Positions 1 to 10,131 of a stretch of DNA of 64,000 bases are shown here, one piece after another. This DNA is from Eledone cirrhosa (taxonomy: Eukaryota). Where the stretch lies: positions 325,252,001 to 325,316,000 of the forward strand of contig OZ024743.1 of NCBI GenBank assembly GCA_964016885.1. The letters run 5' to 3'. The translations under genes were made by a program, and so were the position numbers. The notes under the pieces were generated by a model that was not told where the DNA came from, did not search any database, and saw nothing but the letters and a program-made list of their open reading frames with translations. Numbering within the stretch: position 1 is the stretch's first letter; each line of letters opens with the position of its first letter.

Positions 1-643
1 GAGAAAAGGTGAAATTGGAAATAGCACGGAAAATATATTTAAGGGTCTGTTTTTCTTTTTTTTTCTTTCTTTGATTCGTCAAAGTGACATTATTGAAAAC
101 AATGAGAGGGACAATTCTTTTTAAAAAAAAGAGTTTTATAATGTATATAAAGTATATAAAGTATAACTGGTTTCAATGTATTAGTAAAATTCATCTTATC
201 AAATGTTGAGTATTACAATTAAAAAGAATTAATAAGAATTAATAAGAATTAAAAACTAAAAATTAAAGATTTAAAATTAAGTGTTGAGGCAAGTTTTTTT
301 CATCTTCCTTTGTCTGAAGTCTCCTTTTCAATAAGGAAGATGAAAAAAACTTGCCTCAACACTTAATTTTAAATCTTTGATTTTTAGTTTTTAATTCTTA
401 TTAATTCTTTTTGATTGTAATACTCAACATTTGATAAGATGAATTTTACTAATACATTGAAACCAGTTATACTTTATATACTTTATATACATTATAAAAC
501 TCTTTTTTAAAAGAATTGTTCCTCTCAATTTTTCAATAATGTCACTTGGACGAATCAAAGAAAGGTAAAAAATACAAGAAAAAAAAAAGAAAAACAGACC
601 CTTAAATATGTTTTCCGTGCTATTTCCAATCTCACCTTTTCTC
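1..643. repeat. Long inverted repeat (foldback): arms ~1-310 and 333-643 with a 22-bp spacer
   Basis: 1-43 (gagaaaaggtgaaattggaaatagcacgg...) is the near-exact reverse complement of 601-643. The inner ends catcttcctt (301-310) and aaggaagatg (333-342) pair. Arms differ by a few substitutions and small indels. The left arm may extend beyond the window. Confidence 0.95.
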
Positions 644-675
644 TATACATATAAGCATATATACATACATATATA

Positions 676-821
676 TCATCATCATCATCATCATCAACGT
701 TTAACGTCCGTGTTCCACGCTTGCATGGGTTTGGACGGGGGTAGTCCCACTTGAGGCAAGAGTGATTGTCTTGCTCGCATAGGACTGTCTGGCAGGTTTT
801 CTACAGTTGGATGCCCTTCCT
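676..821 (-). mobile_element. 3' end of an RTE-type LINE or RTE-tailed SINE
   Basis: Minus strand ends ...cccatgcaagcgtggaacacggacgttaaacgttgatgatgatga. Closely matches 2982-3115. Confidence 0.8.
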
Positions 822-859
822 ATATATATATATAAATATATGTATGTATATATATATGC

Positions 860-1608
860 TGATTGGGAGAAGAAATACTGTATATATTTTATCTAATGAT
901 TCTATGGACTTACTTTTTATATATTGCTCTGATTGTTAATTATTTAATTAATTCGTCATTGAGCCACACCGTGAATGGTTGCCAAAAAACATATATATAT
1001 ATCTATGGCTTTGTCTAGTTTATATGTATATACCCTTTAAATTTTATATACTCCCGTAAGGTTGAGTAAAACTTTAGGCAGTATTCGGCTGCGCTTTCTA
1101 GCAACCAGCCTACTCGCCGACAGGCACCAATCACAAACTTTCTGCCTTGACCACTAGCCACATGATGATTCTCAGCCATTTTGAATTCGTTTTTGGCAGG
1201 GATCATGTAAGAAAAATCTTTGTCCAATTGAGTTATCTCCTGATGATTTCCAACCTCGTTGATTTATCCAAGATCGGATATATCCAAAAATGGAATGAAA
1301 CCGTCAGGGGTAGAGATATTTTGATGATTTTGGTAGGTTTATGTACATTTTTTCTTCTAACTTTGATTTTGTACATAATTATGTATGGTTAATTATATGT
1401 ATAGTCAATTTCTACAGGCTTTCAGAAATACTAAGTAAATTTTCTGTAGCTGTGAGTCGCAGATAAAAAGCTATATTATTTATCTATTGTTTCTTCATAA
1501 GTATATTTTAAACTTATAGCCTCGTTTAAATGATTTTTTGTGTGGTTGATTTATGGTGATTGGAAGAAGAAATACTGTATATATTTTATCTAATGACTCT
1601 ATGGACTT

Positions 1609-1615
<7 letters not shown>
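860..1615 (+). mobile_element. Probable Penelope-like element remnant: ~58-bp direct repeats enclosing a hammerhead motif
   Basis: tgattgg(g/a)agaagaaatactgtatatattttatctaatga(t/c)tctatggacttacttt occurs at ~860-917 and ~1557-1613, with (TA)n on both outer sides and a hammerhead at 1234-1318. The family assignment is inference. Confidence 0.45.
1234..1318 (+). ncRNA. Type I hammerhead ribozyme motif with intact core
   Basis: Stem I tatctc (1234-39)/gagata (1313-18); CTGATGA 1240-46; stem II ttcca/tggaa with a long loop; GAAA 1297-1300; stem III Acc/ggT around loop gtcagg; GUA cleavage triplet 1310-12. Confidence 0.7.
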
Positions 1616-1656
<41 letters not shown>

Positions 1657-1685
1657 TTATTCCAGGTTGAATCAGAAGTAACCAC

Positions 1686-1736
1686 AGATTCCTGATGATT
1701 TCTCAAGAATTAAACAGTTCTAGTCCTGTAGAATCT
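1686..1736 (+). ncRNA. Degenerate type I hammerhead ribozyme motif (GAAA replaced by TAAA)
   Basis: Stem I agattc/gaatct; CTGATGA 1692-98; stem II ttct/agaa; TAAA 1711-14; stem III Acag/ctgT; GUA triplet 1728-30. Confidence 0.55.
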
Positions 1737-1766
1737 CATCTTTCTCTCTTTCTCTCTCTCTCTCTG

Positions 1767-1803
<37 letters not shown>

Positions 1804-2162
1804 ATATATATATATGTATACGAAAGGTTGTTAAGACGGGATTACTTTAACATAATTGTTTTATTGCATAATATATATTTCAATGACATGGTTATGCAAT
1901 GGCTATATCATTGACAGTCTCCATGTGACATCATGAGAAGCTCATACAATTATGAGGTATTATTATGTGAATATGCTGATACGCCACTGTATTTCCATCT
2001 AGGTGTGATGCAAGCAAACATGAACTACTAAGCCTCCTTTTTTAATGTCTAGTGGCAGACGTATCTGCTTTTTAATTTGTTCCTTCTAGCTTGGCATATT
2101 GTTTAGACAGTCACCAGTCTTGTCTGGGAATCTTCCATTTATCACCGTCCTTTGTATCGCTA

Positions 2163-2205
2163 CATTGTTGCTCTTGCTGCCGCCGTGCTAGCAAGAGCAA
2201 CAATG
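2163..2205. repeat. Perfect 16-bp inverted repeat (hairpin) with an 11-nt loop
   Basis: cattgttgctcttgct (2163-78) pairs with agcaagagcaacaatg (2190-2205). Confidence 0.85.
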
Positions 2206-2799
2206 CATCCATCCTGTAGAGCAACAGCAACAATAATAAGAATGTTGGGCATTGCTTTGATGACAGTGGCAACACCATCGCCACCAGTATATATATATAT
2301 TATTGATCTCTTTTGATATATATGCTCCTAACTTAGTTGAGCAGTGTTTTGTGTTTTTGTGTTAGTGTGGGAGCTATTTCTAGCATTAACACTTACCACT
2401 TTCATCCTATCGAACGTTATAATTTTATTTTTTCTACACACAGCTTGAGCATTGGCACGCTTCTCCTTCTTTAGGAACTAATATTTTTCTAGAATTTCAA
2501 GCTGTCTATTGATGATTGCAGCTCTTGGCTTCACCATTTGCTGATGTTAATCAATGGAAAATGTTGATGATTTTTGTTGTATGAAATGGTACTACATAGG
2601 CCTTGTGAAAACTTAGTAGCAGAGTAAGTATAATACTTATTCTGTCTCTACATTTTTTAAACCTAATTATATTGTTCTCTGCAAAATATCAGTTATGTGG
2701 TTTCCTATGATATTGGCAGTGTACAAAGCTCTAAGGTCTTGGATTTTTAGCCCTAAATTCTCAGCAACCTATCATAGAGCCTCACAATCATTATATATT

Positions 2800-2851
<52 letters not shown>

Positions 2852-2943
2852 AAACAAGGACGAATGGTTACTACTTCATTACATTTATTGGTTGGTGATG
2901 TGTGTTTCGCTATTGATCAGCTCAAGGTTCGATCACACTCCCT

Positions 2944-2981
<38 letters not shown>

Positions 2982-2985
<4 letters not shown>

Positions 2986-3481
2986 TCATCATCGTTTAAC
3001 GTCCATGTTCCACGCTTGCATGGGTTTGGACGGGAGTTTTCCCACTTGAGGCAAGAGTGGTTGTCTTGCTCGCATAGGACTGTCTGGCGGGTTTTCTACA
3101 GCTGGATGCCCTTCCTAACACCAACCACATTTACAGTGTGGGTCTGGGAGGTTTTTACCGTGTTACCTACACGCCCACATTACAGCGTGTACTGTGTGTT
3201 TTTTTGTCGTGACACCTACACGATCTCATTTGTTTCGGCCTGGATGTTGTGGTACCAACGTAACTTTACATTGAAAGGGGCGGTGTGGATGAGGTGGGGT
3301 GGTGTGACGGGGGCGTATTTTGTTAGAGATGCCTACTGACTGTAGTAGGTTTACTTTGTATTTAGGCAAGGCGGGTCTTCTCTATTACTGAGTACCGCCA
3401 AACATCTCGGTCCAGTGACATTGTCTTGGAGAGGTGTAAGTGTGTGAGGTCGGAATTTATCATGTCGTCCCACGTTTTTCT

Positions 3482-3483
<2 letters not shown>
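2982..3483 (-). mobile_element. 5'-truncated RTE-clade LINE: ORF C-terminus, 3' UTR and (TGA)n tail
   Basis: Minus-strand peptide [39 protein letters not shown] resembles the RTE C-terminal 'RKTW...DR..WR' motif. Tail atggacgttaaacgatgatgatga. Flanked by (TA)n on both sides. Confidence 0.8.
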
Positions 3484-3528
<45 letters not shown>

Positions 3529-3669
3529 TGCTTGAGTGAAAGATGGATGTTAAACGATGGTGATGATGATATATATATATATATATATGTATGTACATAT
3601 GTGCATGTGTGTGTGTACACAAATAATGTAGGCTATGTATGTAGCAGATGCACATGAGCAGTGAGTAGC

Positions 3670-4240
3670 AAGCACTCACATGAAACAGACACTATCAAAT
3701 ACTCTGACAGTACCATAGAAGTGGTTCAGGTGGCCCACTATCTAAATGAATTAATAAACAGTGGCAATTGCAGATCTGAAAGTACTGTAGTTAGAGTGAG
3801 AACTGAATGGAAAAAGTTTGAGGAACTACTACATCTGCTGGCTACAAAGGGTTGCTCTCTGTGGATAAAAGACAGATTGTCTGATACTTGTGTGAGAACT
3901 GCTATGTTACATGGATGAAAGACTTAGGCCTTGAATGAAGGAAGTATGTTTTGATGTTAGTGTACAGGAAAAACAAAGCATCAACAAGCTGAGAGAAAAT
4001 CTGAGAATAAGAGGGATTAGATGCAGTGTACAAGAGAGAAGACTGTATTGGTATAAACATGTGATGTGCATGCAGGCTCAAAGCTGCATAAAATGTGCAG
4101 GGTATTCAAAGTTGATGGAAATTGTAGAAGAGGAAGACTGAGGAAAACTTGGGCTAGTGTGATAACAGCTAACCTCACAAAGTAGATGACATAAGATCAA
4201 GTTGACTGGATATATACAGTACTACAGAAGACTCACCTTT
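3670..4240 (+). mobile_element. Decayed RTE-clade LINE fragment (post-RT region to C-terminus)
   Basis: Peptides IEVVQVAHYLNELIN...RVRTEWKKFEELLHLLATKGCSLWIKDRLSDTCVRTAMLHG and LRENLRIRGIRCSVQERRLYWYKHVMCM, broken by stops and frameshifts. Confidence 0.8.
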
Positions 4241-4496
4241 TCACACATATGGGGTGAAATGCAAGCAGAGAGGTGTAGCAATTATGTTTTTTTAAGGTTA
4301 TATGTCCTTCCCTCAATATCTAAGCCCCCATCCCTAGTCTTCGCTCTCATTCATATCTTGATTCACCCTTCACCACACAAATCATGCCAGCATAGATACA
4401 CAGTCTTGCCTATGCAGGGTTCTACCAGATGTTGTTTGCTCACACCCTTACTAAAACACTACCCATGCACACCCCACCCCCTATTCACATCCTTCA

Positions 4497-4745
4497 TAAA
4501 AAGCACCCAGCCCACTCTTTAAATTGGTAATGATAATGCCATAATAAAAAGGACTCAGCTTACTCAGTAAAGTGGTAGTGCTGGTACTATGATGAAAAGC
4601 AACCAGTCCCTTCTGTAAATTGGTAGTGCTGGTGCTAGAATAAAAAGCACTCAGCTCGCCATGTCAGGTGATTGTGGTGGGGCCATGATAGAATGCACCA
4701 AGTAAATGCCGTGAAATGGTTGGTGTTAGGAAGGGTGTCCAGCCT
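4497..4745 (+). mobile_element. Degenerate SINE-like fragment with five internal 48-bp tandem units
   Basis: gcacccag-like cores at 4503, 4551, 4599, 4647 and 4695, followed by tggttggtgttaggaagggtgtccagc, which other copies share. Confidence 0.65.
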
Positions 4746-4799
4746 CTGTGAGGTCTAACTTTTTAAGGTCTGTGATGTTAGCAAATGAGTGGTGTCCCA

Positions 4800-5850
4800 G
4801 ATGTAAAAGAGCTACTAAGGTGTATGGATGTGGTGTGGTTGTACAGTGTTGGTCTTCACTACCTCATCACATGTCTTCCTGGTTCTGCCTCTTCTATGAG
4901 TTCCACCCACTGAGATTTCTCTATACTTCTTCATATCGCTACCATCTTCCACACACATCACATGTCCATACACATGCACTCTTCTGTCTTATACACTACA
5001 TTCAATTCTCCTTATGTTAAGTTTATCTCTCAGATCAGTTTTATTACATCATTTATGCATACTAACATTACACATCAAGCCTTAGCAATAAGGGCCAATG
5101 TCTTACTGCCATGTAATATTAGAGTCCACATGCAGGCATAATAATAATAATAATAATAATGAAAATTATTGTGTACAGTGCTCAGGTGCACTACCATTCA
5201 TCAAAAGTGTATGTATAGTACATAGAATAATATACAAATGTCAGGAAAGGGAACAGTGTATGAGTCATGATATACACACAGATACACAAACAAACATATG
5301 TGTGCATATGTATGGAGGGGAAATATCAGGTGTAGCATTGGCAAATTTCGGGAAGCATGGAAGTTTTGAAGGATGCAGTGTCTCGACAGCTAACAACCAT
5401 TGCAGGCAGTGTGTAAAAATGTTTCTAAAAATCATGAGAGCTGTACTGTTTTCTGATTTTGTAAGCATGTCCACAGGTGTGAGACAAAGGGAATTCAAAA
5501 AGTCTCAGGTTTGTTGTTAGAAAGGTGGCTAATAATCTTGTGGGTGTTTACCAATATAGTTGCCAGACATCAGAGCTTAAAGTCTACTCTTCCCTCTGAG
5601 AGAGAAGCTCTTTGTTGTCAGTAGAAATAGCAACTCCTTAAACTTCTTCCAACCTTTCCATACCCATGCTCTTACACTTTCAGAGAAACTTTCCCCACTG
5701 ATGATTAGATCTCCAAGGTAACAAAAGCTGTCAACAACTTCTAGGGAGCCTCACTGGCAATTGAGGGAATCTGTTTTACATGTGCTCTTAGAGCTTACTT
5801 TAGCTGTATATTTGCTACACACAAAGTCTATCTTCTCTGTTAATTTGCTT
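4800..5850 (-). mobile_element. Decayed RTE-clade LINE split by a CR1-like insertion (RTE parts ~4800-5140 and 5578-5850)
   Basis: Minus strand reads EVVDSFCYLGDLIISG...GWKKFKELLFLLTTKSFSLRGKSRL (5740-5580) and continues ACMWTLILHGSKTLA from ~5137 downward. Homologous to 3670-4240. Confidence 0.75.
5141..5577 (-). mobile_element. CR1/L2-like LINE 3' fragment with (ATT)n tail
   Basis: Minus-strand remnant ...VVSCRDTASFKTSMLPEICQ, then a 3' UTR ending in (att)n. The terminal ~140 bp recur at 5886-6033. Clade call is from recalled motif similarity. Confidence 0.6.
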
Positions 5851-5885
5851 GTAAGTACATCCAATACACACACATTATATATATA

Positions 5886-6033
5886 TAATAATAAAAATGA
5901 TATTAATAATGAAATTATTGTGTACAGTGCTCAGGTGCACTACAACTCATCAAAGGTGCATGTATAGCACATAGAATAATGTATAAATGTCAGGAAAGTA
6001 AACAGTGTATGAGTCATGATATACACACAGATA
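5886..6033 (-). mobile_element. Second 3' terminus of the same CR1-like family
   Basis: aatgaaattattgtgtacagtgctcaggtgcactac...gagtcatgatatacacacagat is highly similar to 5158-5283. Confidence 0.7.
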
Positions 6034-6040
6034 TATTAGA

Positions 6041-6325
6041 ATCATCATCATCATTTTACGTCCGCTTTTCCCTGCTTGCAAGGGTTGGATGGGTCCTATT
6101 CAGCACAGCATCTCTCCACTTGTCACGGCCCTTCGTCATCTCCTCGGTGAGTTTCAGCGATCTGAGGTCTGCTCTCACCACCTCCACCCATGTTTTAAGT
6201 GGTCTACCTCTTCTGAGTCTTCCTTCTACTGGGATTTCTTGGCACTTCTTTACCCAGCAGTCATCCTCCATGCGCATCACATGTCCATACCATCTTAGCC
6301 TTCTCTCCTGCGCACCACAACTTAG
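6041..6325 (-). mobile_element. Well-preserved RTE-clade LINE 3' end
   Basis: Open frame ...LRWYGHVMRMEDDCWVKKCQEIPVEGRLRRGRPLKTWVEVVRADL...RDKWRDAV, then the ggacgtaaaatgatgatgatga tail. Confidence 0.9.
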
Positions 6326-6644
6326 ATATGCATTTAAAATATCGTAGTATTATAAAATATTCAAACATGAACTGAATGAGCACTTAATACTGATGAGTAG
6401 AGTGTAGAAATGTATTTTCTAAATGGAAAAATAACAGAAACTTCGAATTCATTGTCATTTTGCTACAAATATACTTTGCTGAGTTCCTTTTTCTACAGAA
6501 CTACTTCAACATTCTGAAATCAACTTATAACCCCATATTTTTACACACCATCCACTTCAATGTTGTTTAAACGAAATATTAATCAAGCTAACAAGTTTGG
6601 AAAGACCTTTATAACTATTTTATGTGTATATGTAATATATATAA

Positions 6645-6830
6645 TTGTTTCTACTTTTGGCACAAGGCCAGCAATTATTCCATTATATTACTGGTACTTT
6701 ATTTTATCGACCCCTGTAAGGATTTGAGCTCAGTCGGTAAAGAGACGTAACTGTGCTGTAAAGCATGGCGTCCGACGTAACTGTGCTGCAAAGCATGGCG
6801 TCCGACCCTCTACCGATACTGCCAATCCTG
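6645..6830 (-). mobile_element. SINE fragment with an internal 30-bp tandem duplication
   Basis: tttggcacaaggccagcaat...ctggtactttattttatcgacccc matches 12550-12612. gacgtaactgtgctg(t/c)aaagcatggcgtcc is repeated at 6744 and 6774. Confidence 0.6.
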
Positions 6831-6879
6831 CATACGGTAGGGAGAGTTTTTCAGTCAAGTCAATGACTAGCAACCTCCT

Positions 6880-7200
6880 TAGTATTAGTAGCATGATAAA
6901 ACACACTAGGTAGGCTCTGTAAAGTGGTTGATGTAAGGAAAGGTAATCAGCTAAGAATATCTGCTAAAGAAAAGGTCGAAAGAACGTTTCAGTTTTCTCA
7001 AAAACATGGCAGTGTCTCTAGTGTTGGTGCCATGATAAAATGCACTTGATGCACTCTGTACAATGTGGGAACATATATATATGTAAGTGAGATGTGGGAC
7101 CCCTAGCCTGATTAAGAGGTCAGTAGCTTGAAATAAATACTGACCTGGTAAATGACGACCTGCTAAACCTAGCAGGGAAATGGACATTATGATGATATTG
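6880..7200 (+). mobile_element. Old, degenerate RTE-tailed SINE fragments
   Basis: ctctgtaaagtggttgatgtaaggaaagg, ggtgccatgataaaatgcac, and tail agcagggaaatggacattatgatgat. Confidence 0.5.
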
Positions 7201-7215
7201 GAGAAAACTGAGTCT

Positions 7216-7382
7216 CATCATCATCATCATTTTACGTCCACGTTTCCCTGCTTGCAAGGGTGGGACGGGAACTGATTCTGGCTTGATTTCTACAGCTGGA
7301 TGCCCTTCCTAACACCAACCTCATTTACAGTGAGTGCTGGGTGCTTTTTTGCCGTGGCACCTCCACGACCACTTTGCAGTGG
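7216..7382 (-). mobile_element. RTE-tailed SINE copy
   Basis: (TGA)n tail on the minus strand; body is nearly the reverse complement of 8177-8335. Confidence 0.75.
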
Positions 7383-7409
7383 AATGATAAGGTGATAAGG
7401 ACCCCAGTC

Positions 7410-7560
7410 CCTATCATCTCATTTCTACAGCTGAGTAAACTGGAGCAATGTGAAATAAAGTGTCTTGCTCAAGGAAACAACACACCACCCGGTCTGAGAA
7501 TTGAACTCACAACCTTTCGATTGCAAGCCCAATGCTCTAACCACTAAGCCATGTGCTTCC
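7410..7560 (-). mobile_element. tRNA-derived SINE 5' region
   Basis: Minus strand has pol III box A (tggcttagtgg) and box B (gagttcaattc), followed by non-tRNA body ccttgagcaagacactttatttcacattgctccag. Confidence 0.75.
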
Positions 7561-7725
7561 ATCAAGTCTAAGAATATTAAATAAAATTATATACCAAATT
7601 ACTTTGATGATGGAATTGAGAAATTTAGATGCATGCATGTACACATAACCAAGCACATACACACATCTATATACTCATGTACAAATACATTCAGTTGCAA
7701 GCATGGAAAAATAGACATTAAACAA

Positions 7726-7793
<68 letters not shown>

Positions 7794-7957
7794 TATATAT
7801 ATGTGTGTATCTGTGTACATATATATATATATATATATGTGTGTGTACATATATATATATGTGTGGGTATATATATATATATAAATATATATGTGCATGG
7901 AAAAGGTACATAAAAATGATGATGATGATGACAATGATATACAAATATATACATATA

Positions 7958-8136
<179 letters not shown>

Positions 8137-8176
8137 CATATATATATATATATATGCATATAAACAATATGCCCCC

Positions 8177-8450
8177 CCACCGCAAGGTGGTCGTGGAGGT
8201 GCCACGGCAAAAAAGCACCCAGCCCACACTGTAAAGTGGACGTGTAGGCGCCACGAAAAAGCACCCAGCACTCACTGTAAATGAGGTTGGTGTTAGGAAG
8301 GGCATCCAGCTGTAGAAATCAAGCCAGATCAGTTCCTGTATGAGCAAGGCATGGTCAGCCGACCAGACACTGCCCACAACAGGACAACCCGTCTAACCCA
8401 TGCTAGCGTGGAAGAACGGACGTAAAACGGTGATGATGATGATGATGATG
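8177..8450 (+). mobile_element. RTE-tailed SINE copy with two 46-bp internal units
   Basis: gcacccagc at 8215 and 8261; ggttggtgttaggaagggcatccagctgtagaaa; tail cccatgctagcgtggaagaacggacgtaaaacggtgatgatg. Confidence 0.8.
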
Positions 8451-8470
8451 ATATATATATATATATATAT

Positions 8471-8623
<153 letters not shown>

Positions 8624-8739
8624 CATATATATAAAATGAATGAAAAAAATCACTTACTTTCATTGTGGAAAGATGTTAGCGGAATATATATTTAGATGTT
8701 TATACATACATAATTCTATCTATTGACATGTATTAGACT

Positions 8740-8806
8740 GTTTGTATGTATATATTTATATGTATACACACACAGACATATATGTGTGTGTGTGTGACTA
8801 TAAGTA

Positions 8807-8837
<31 letters not shown>

Positions 8838-9165
8838 GGTTAGGTCACATTTCTTCTGTCATATTTCATGTGTTTAAATACATCATTTAAAACATGTTCT
8901 ATATATATATATATGTGTGTGTGTATGAAGATAATGATATATCTATGTTGAGGTGTGTATCTAGGTCTGTATGTTTGTGTCTATATCTGATTATGTGTCT
9001 TTCTGCATGTGTATGTGTGTGTGTGGGTGTATGTATATGTGTGTATGTATGTGTTTATATATATATGTGTGTGTGTGTGAGAGAGAGTATATCTGTGTGT
9101 GTATGTGTCTGTGTGTGTGTGTGTATATGTATGTGTGTGTCTGTGTGTATGTATCTCTGTGTGGT
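8740..9165. repeat. Degenerate (TG)n/(TATG)n low-complexity tract
   Basis: Directly visible dinucleotide runs. Confidence 0.9.
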
Positions 9166-9401
9166 AGTACAACACCTCAGCTCAACTCTACTGACAGCAC
9201 ACTCTGGGTTTTCCTCACTAGCTTACACAGCATATTGCAATGGCTGGATGAGAGAGTGGAGGGGGGGTGATGAAAGGGAGAGAGGAAGGGTTGTTGGGTG
9301 GAGATAGGAGTGATGGTCATCATGTTATAGGGCGATTGGTGGGGTGGGTGTCTTAGAGAGTCCTGTTGCTGATAACTGCAAGATCAAGTACAATTCACCT
9401 T

Positions 9402-9682
9402 ACCACCACCACCACCACCACCACTGTCACAACCACCACCACTTCCACCACTACCACCACCACTGTCACAACCACCACCACTTCCACCACTTCCACCACC
9501 CACTTCCACCACAGCCACCTCCACCCTCACTGCCGCCAACACCACCACTGTGATTGCCATCACCACCACCACCACTGTCACAACCACCACCACTACCACC
9601 ACCACTCTCACTGCCACCAACACCACCACTGTCATACCATTATCCCCAGCTCCATGATCATCACCACCAAACAACAACAACA
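9402..9682. repeat. (CAC)n-based compound trinucleotide repeat
   Basis: caccac runs with the recurring unit caccactgtcacaaccaccacc at ~9420, ~9459 and ~9570. Confidence 0.9.
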
Positions 9683-10131
9683 TTGTTTCCTTTATTAGAA
9701 CACAGGAGGTTTGACAGGGTACGAGGGGTGAAGGGTGGCGTTACTCAACAGTAGTCATAACATTAATTGAAAAAAAAACCCATTAACAACACTATCAGTT
9801 AAGCACTGACTTGGTAGAACTATTAGAGCACTAGATTAACTACTCATGGGTCCCAGATAATAGGGGGAGGGGGGGGAGGGGATAAGCTGGGGGCGGATAT
9901 CGGTAACTATTCTAGGTTGTCTTCGTTGATTTTTTTTTTAAACCAAAATATCGCCAGAGATAGAGGTAGATTAGCAGGTGGTGAGGAGTGGAATAAGATA
10001 AGGGGCAGGTGGAAAATAATCTGAAAAATAATTAATAAGCAAGACGAGGGGAGGGGAGACGATTAGCTACGGCTTTCTGTTCTCAGTTCAAATCTCACCA
10101 AGGTCAACTTTGACTTTCACACTTCTTTTTT

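Noticed and set aside
1015-1392. 70-aa and 81-aa ORFs
   Set aside because: Non-ATG starts, no recognisable domain, and they overlap the hammerhead-bearing repeat.
3661-6347. Functional reverse transcriptase gene
   Set aside because: Only short, truncated and interrupted LINE fragments in mixed orientations; no catalytic YADD region seen.
6385-6420. Hammerhead-like ctgatga...gaaa
   Set aside because: No convincing stem III or stem I pairing around the core words.
7480-7560. tRNA gene
   Set aside because: Boxes A and B are present, but there is no acceptor stem or terminator and the sequence runs into a SINE body.
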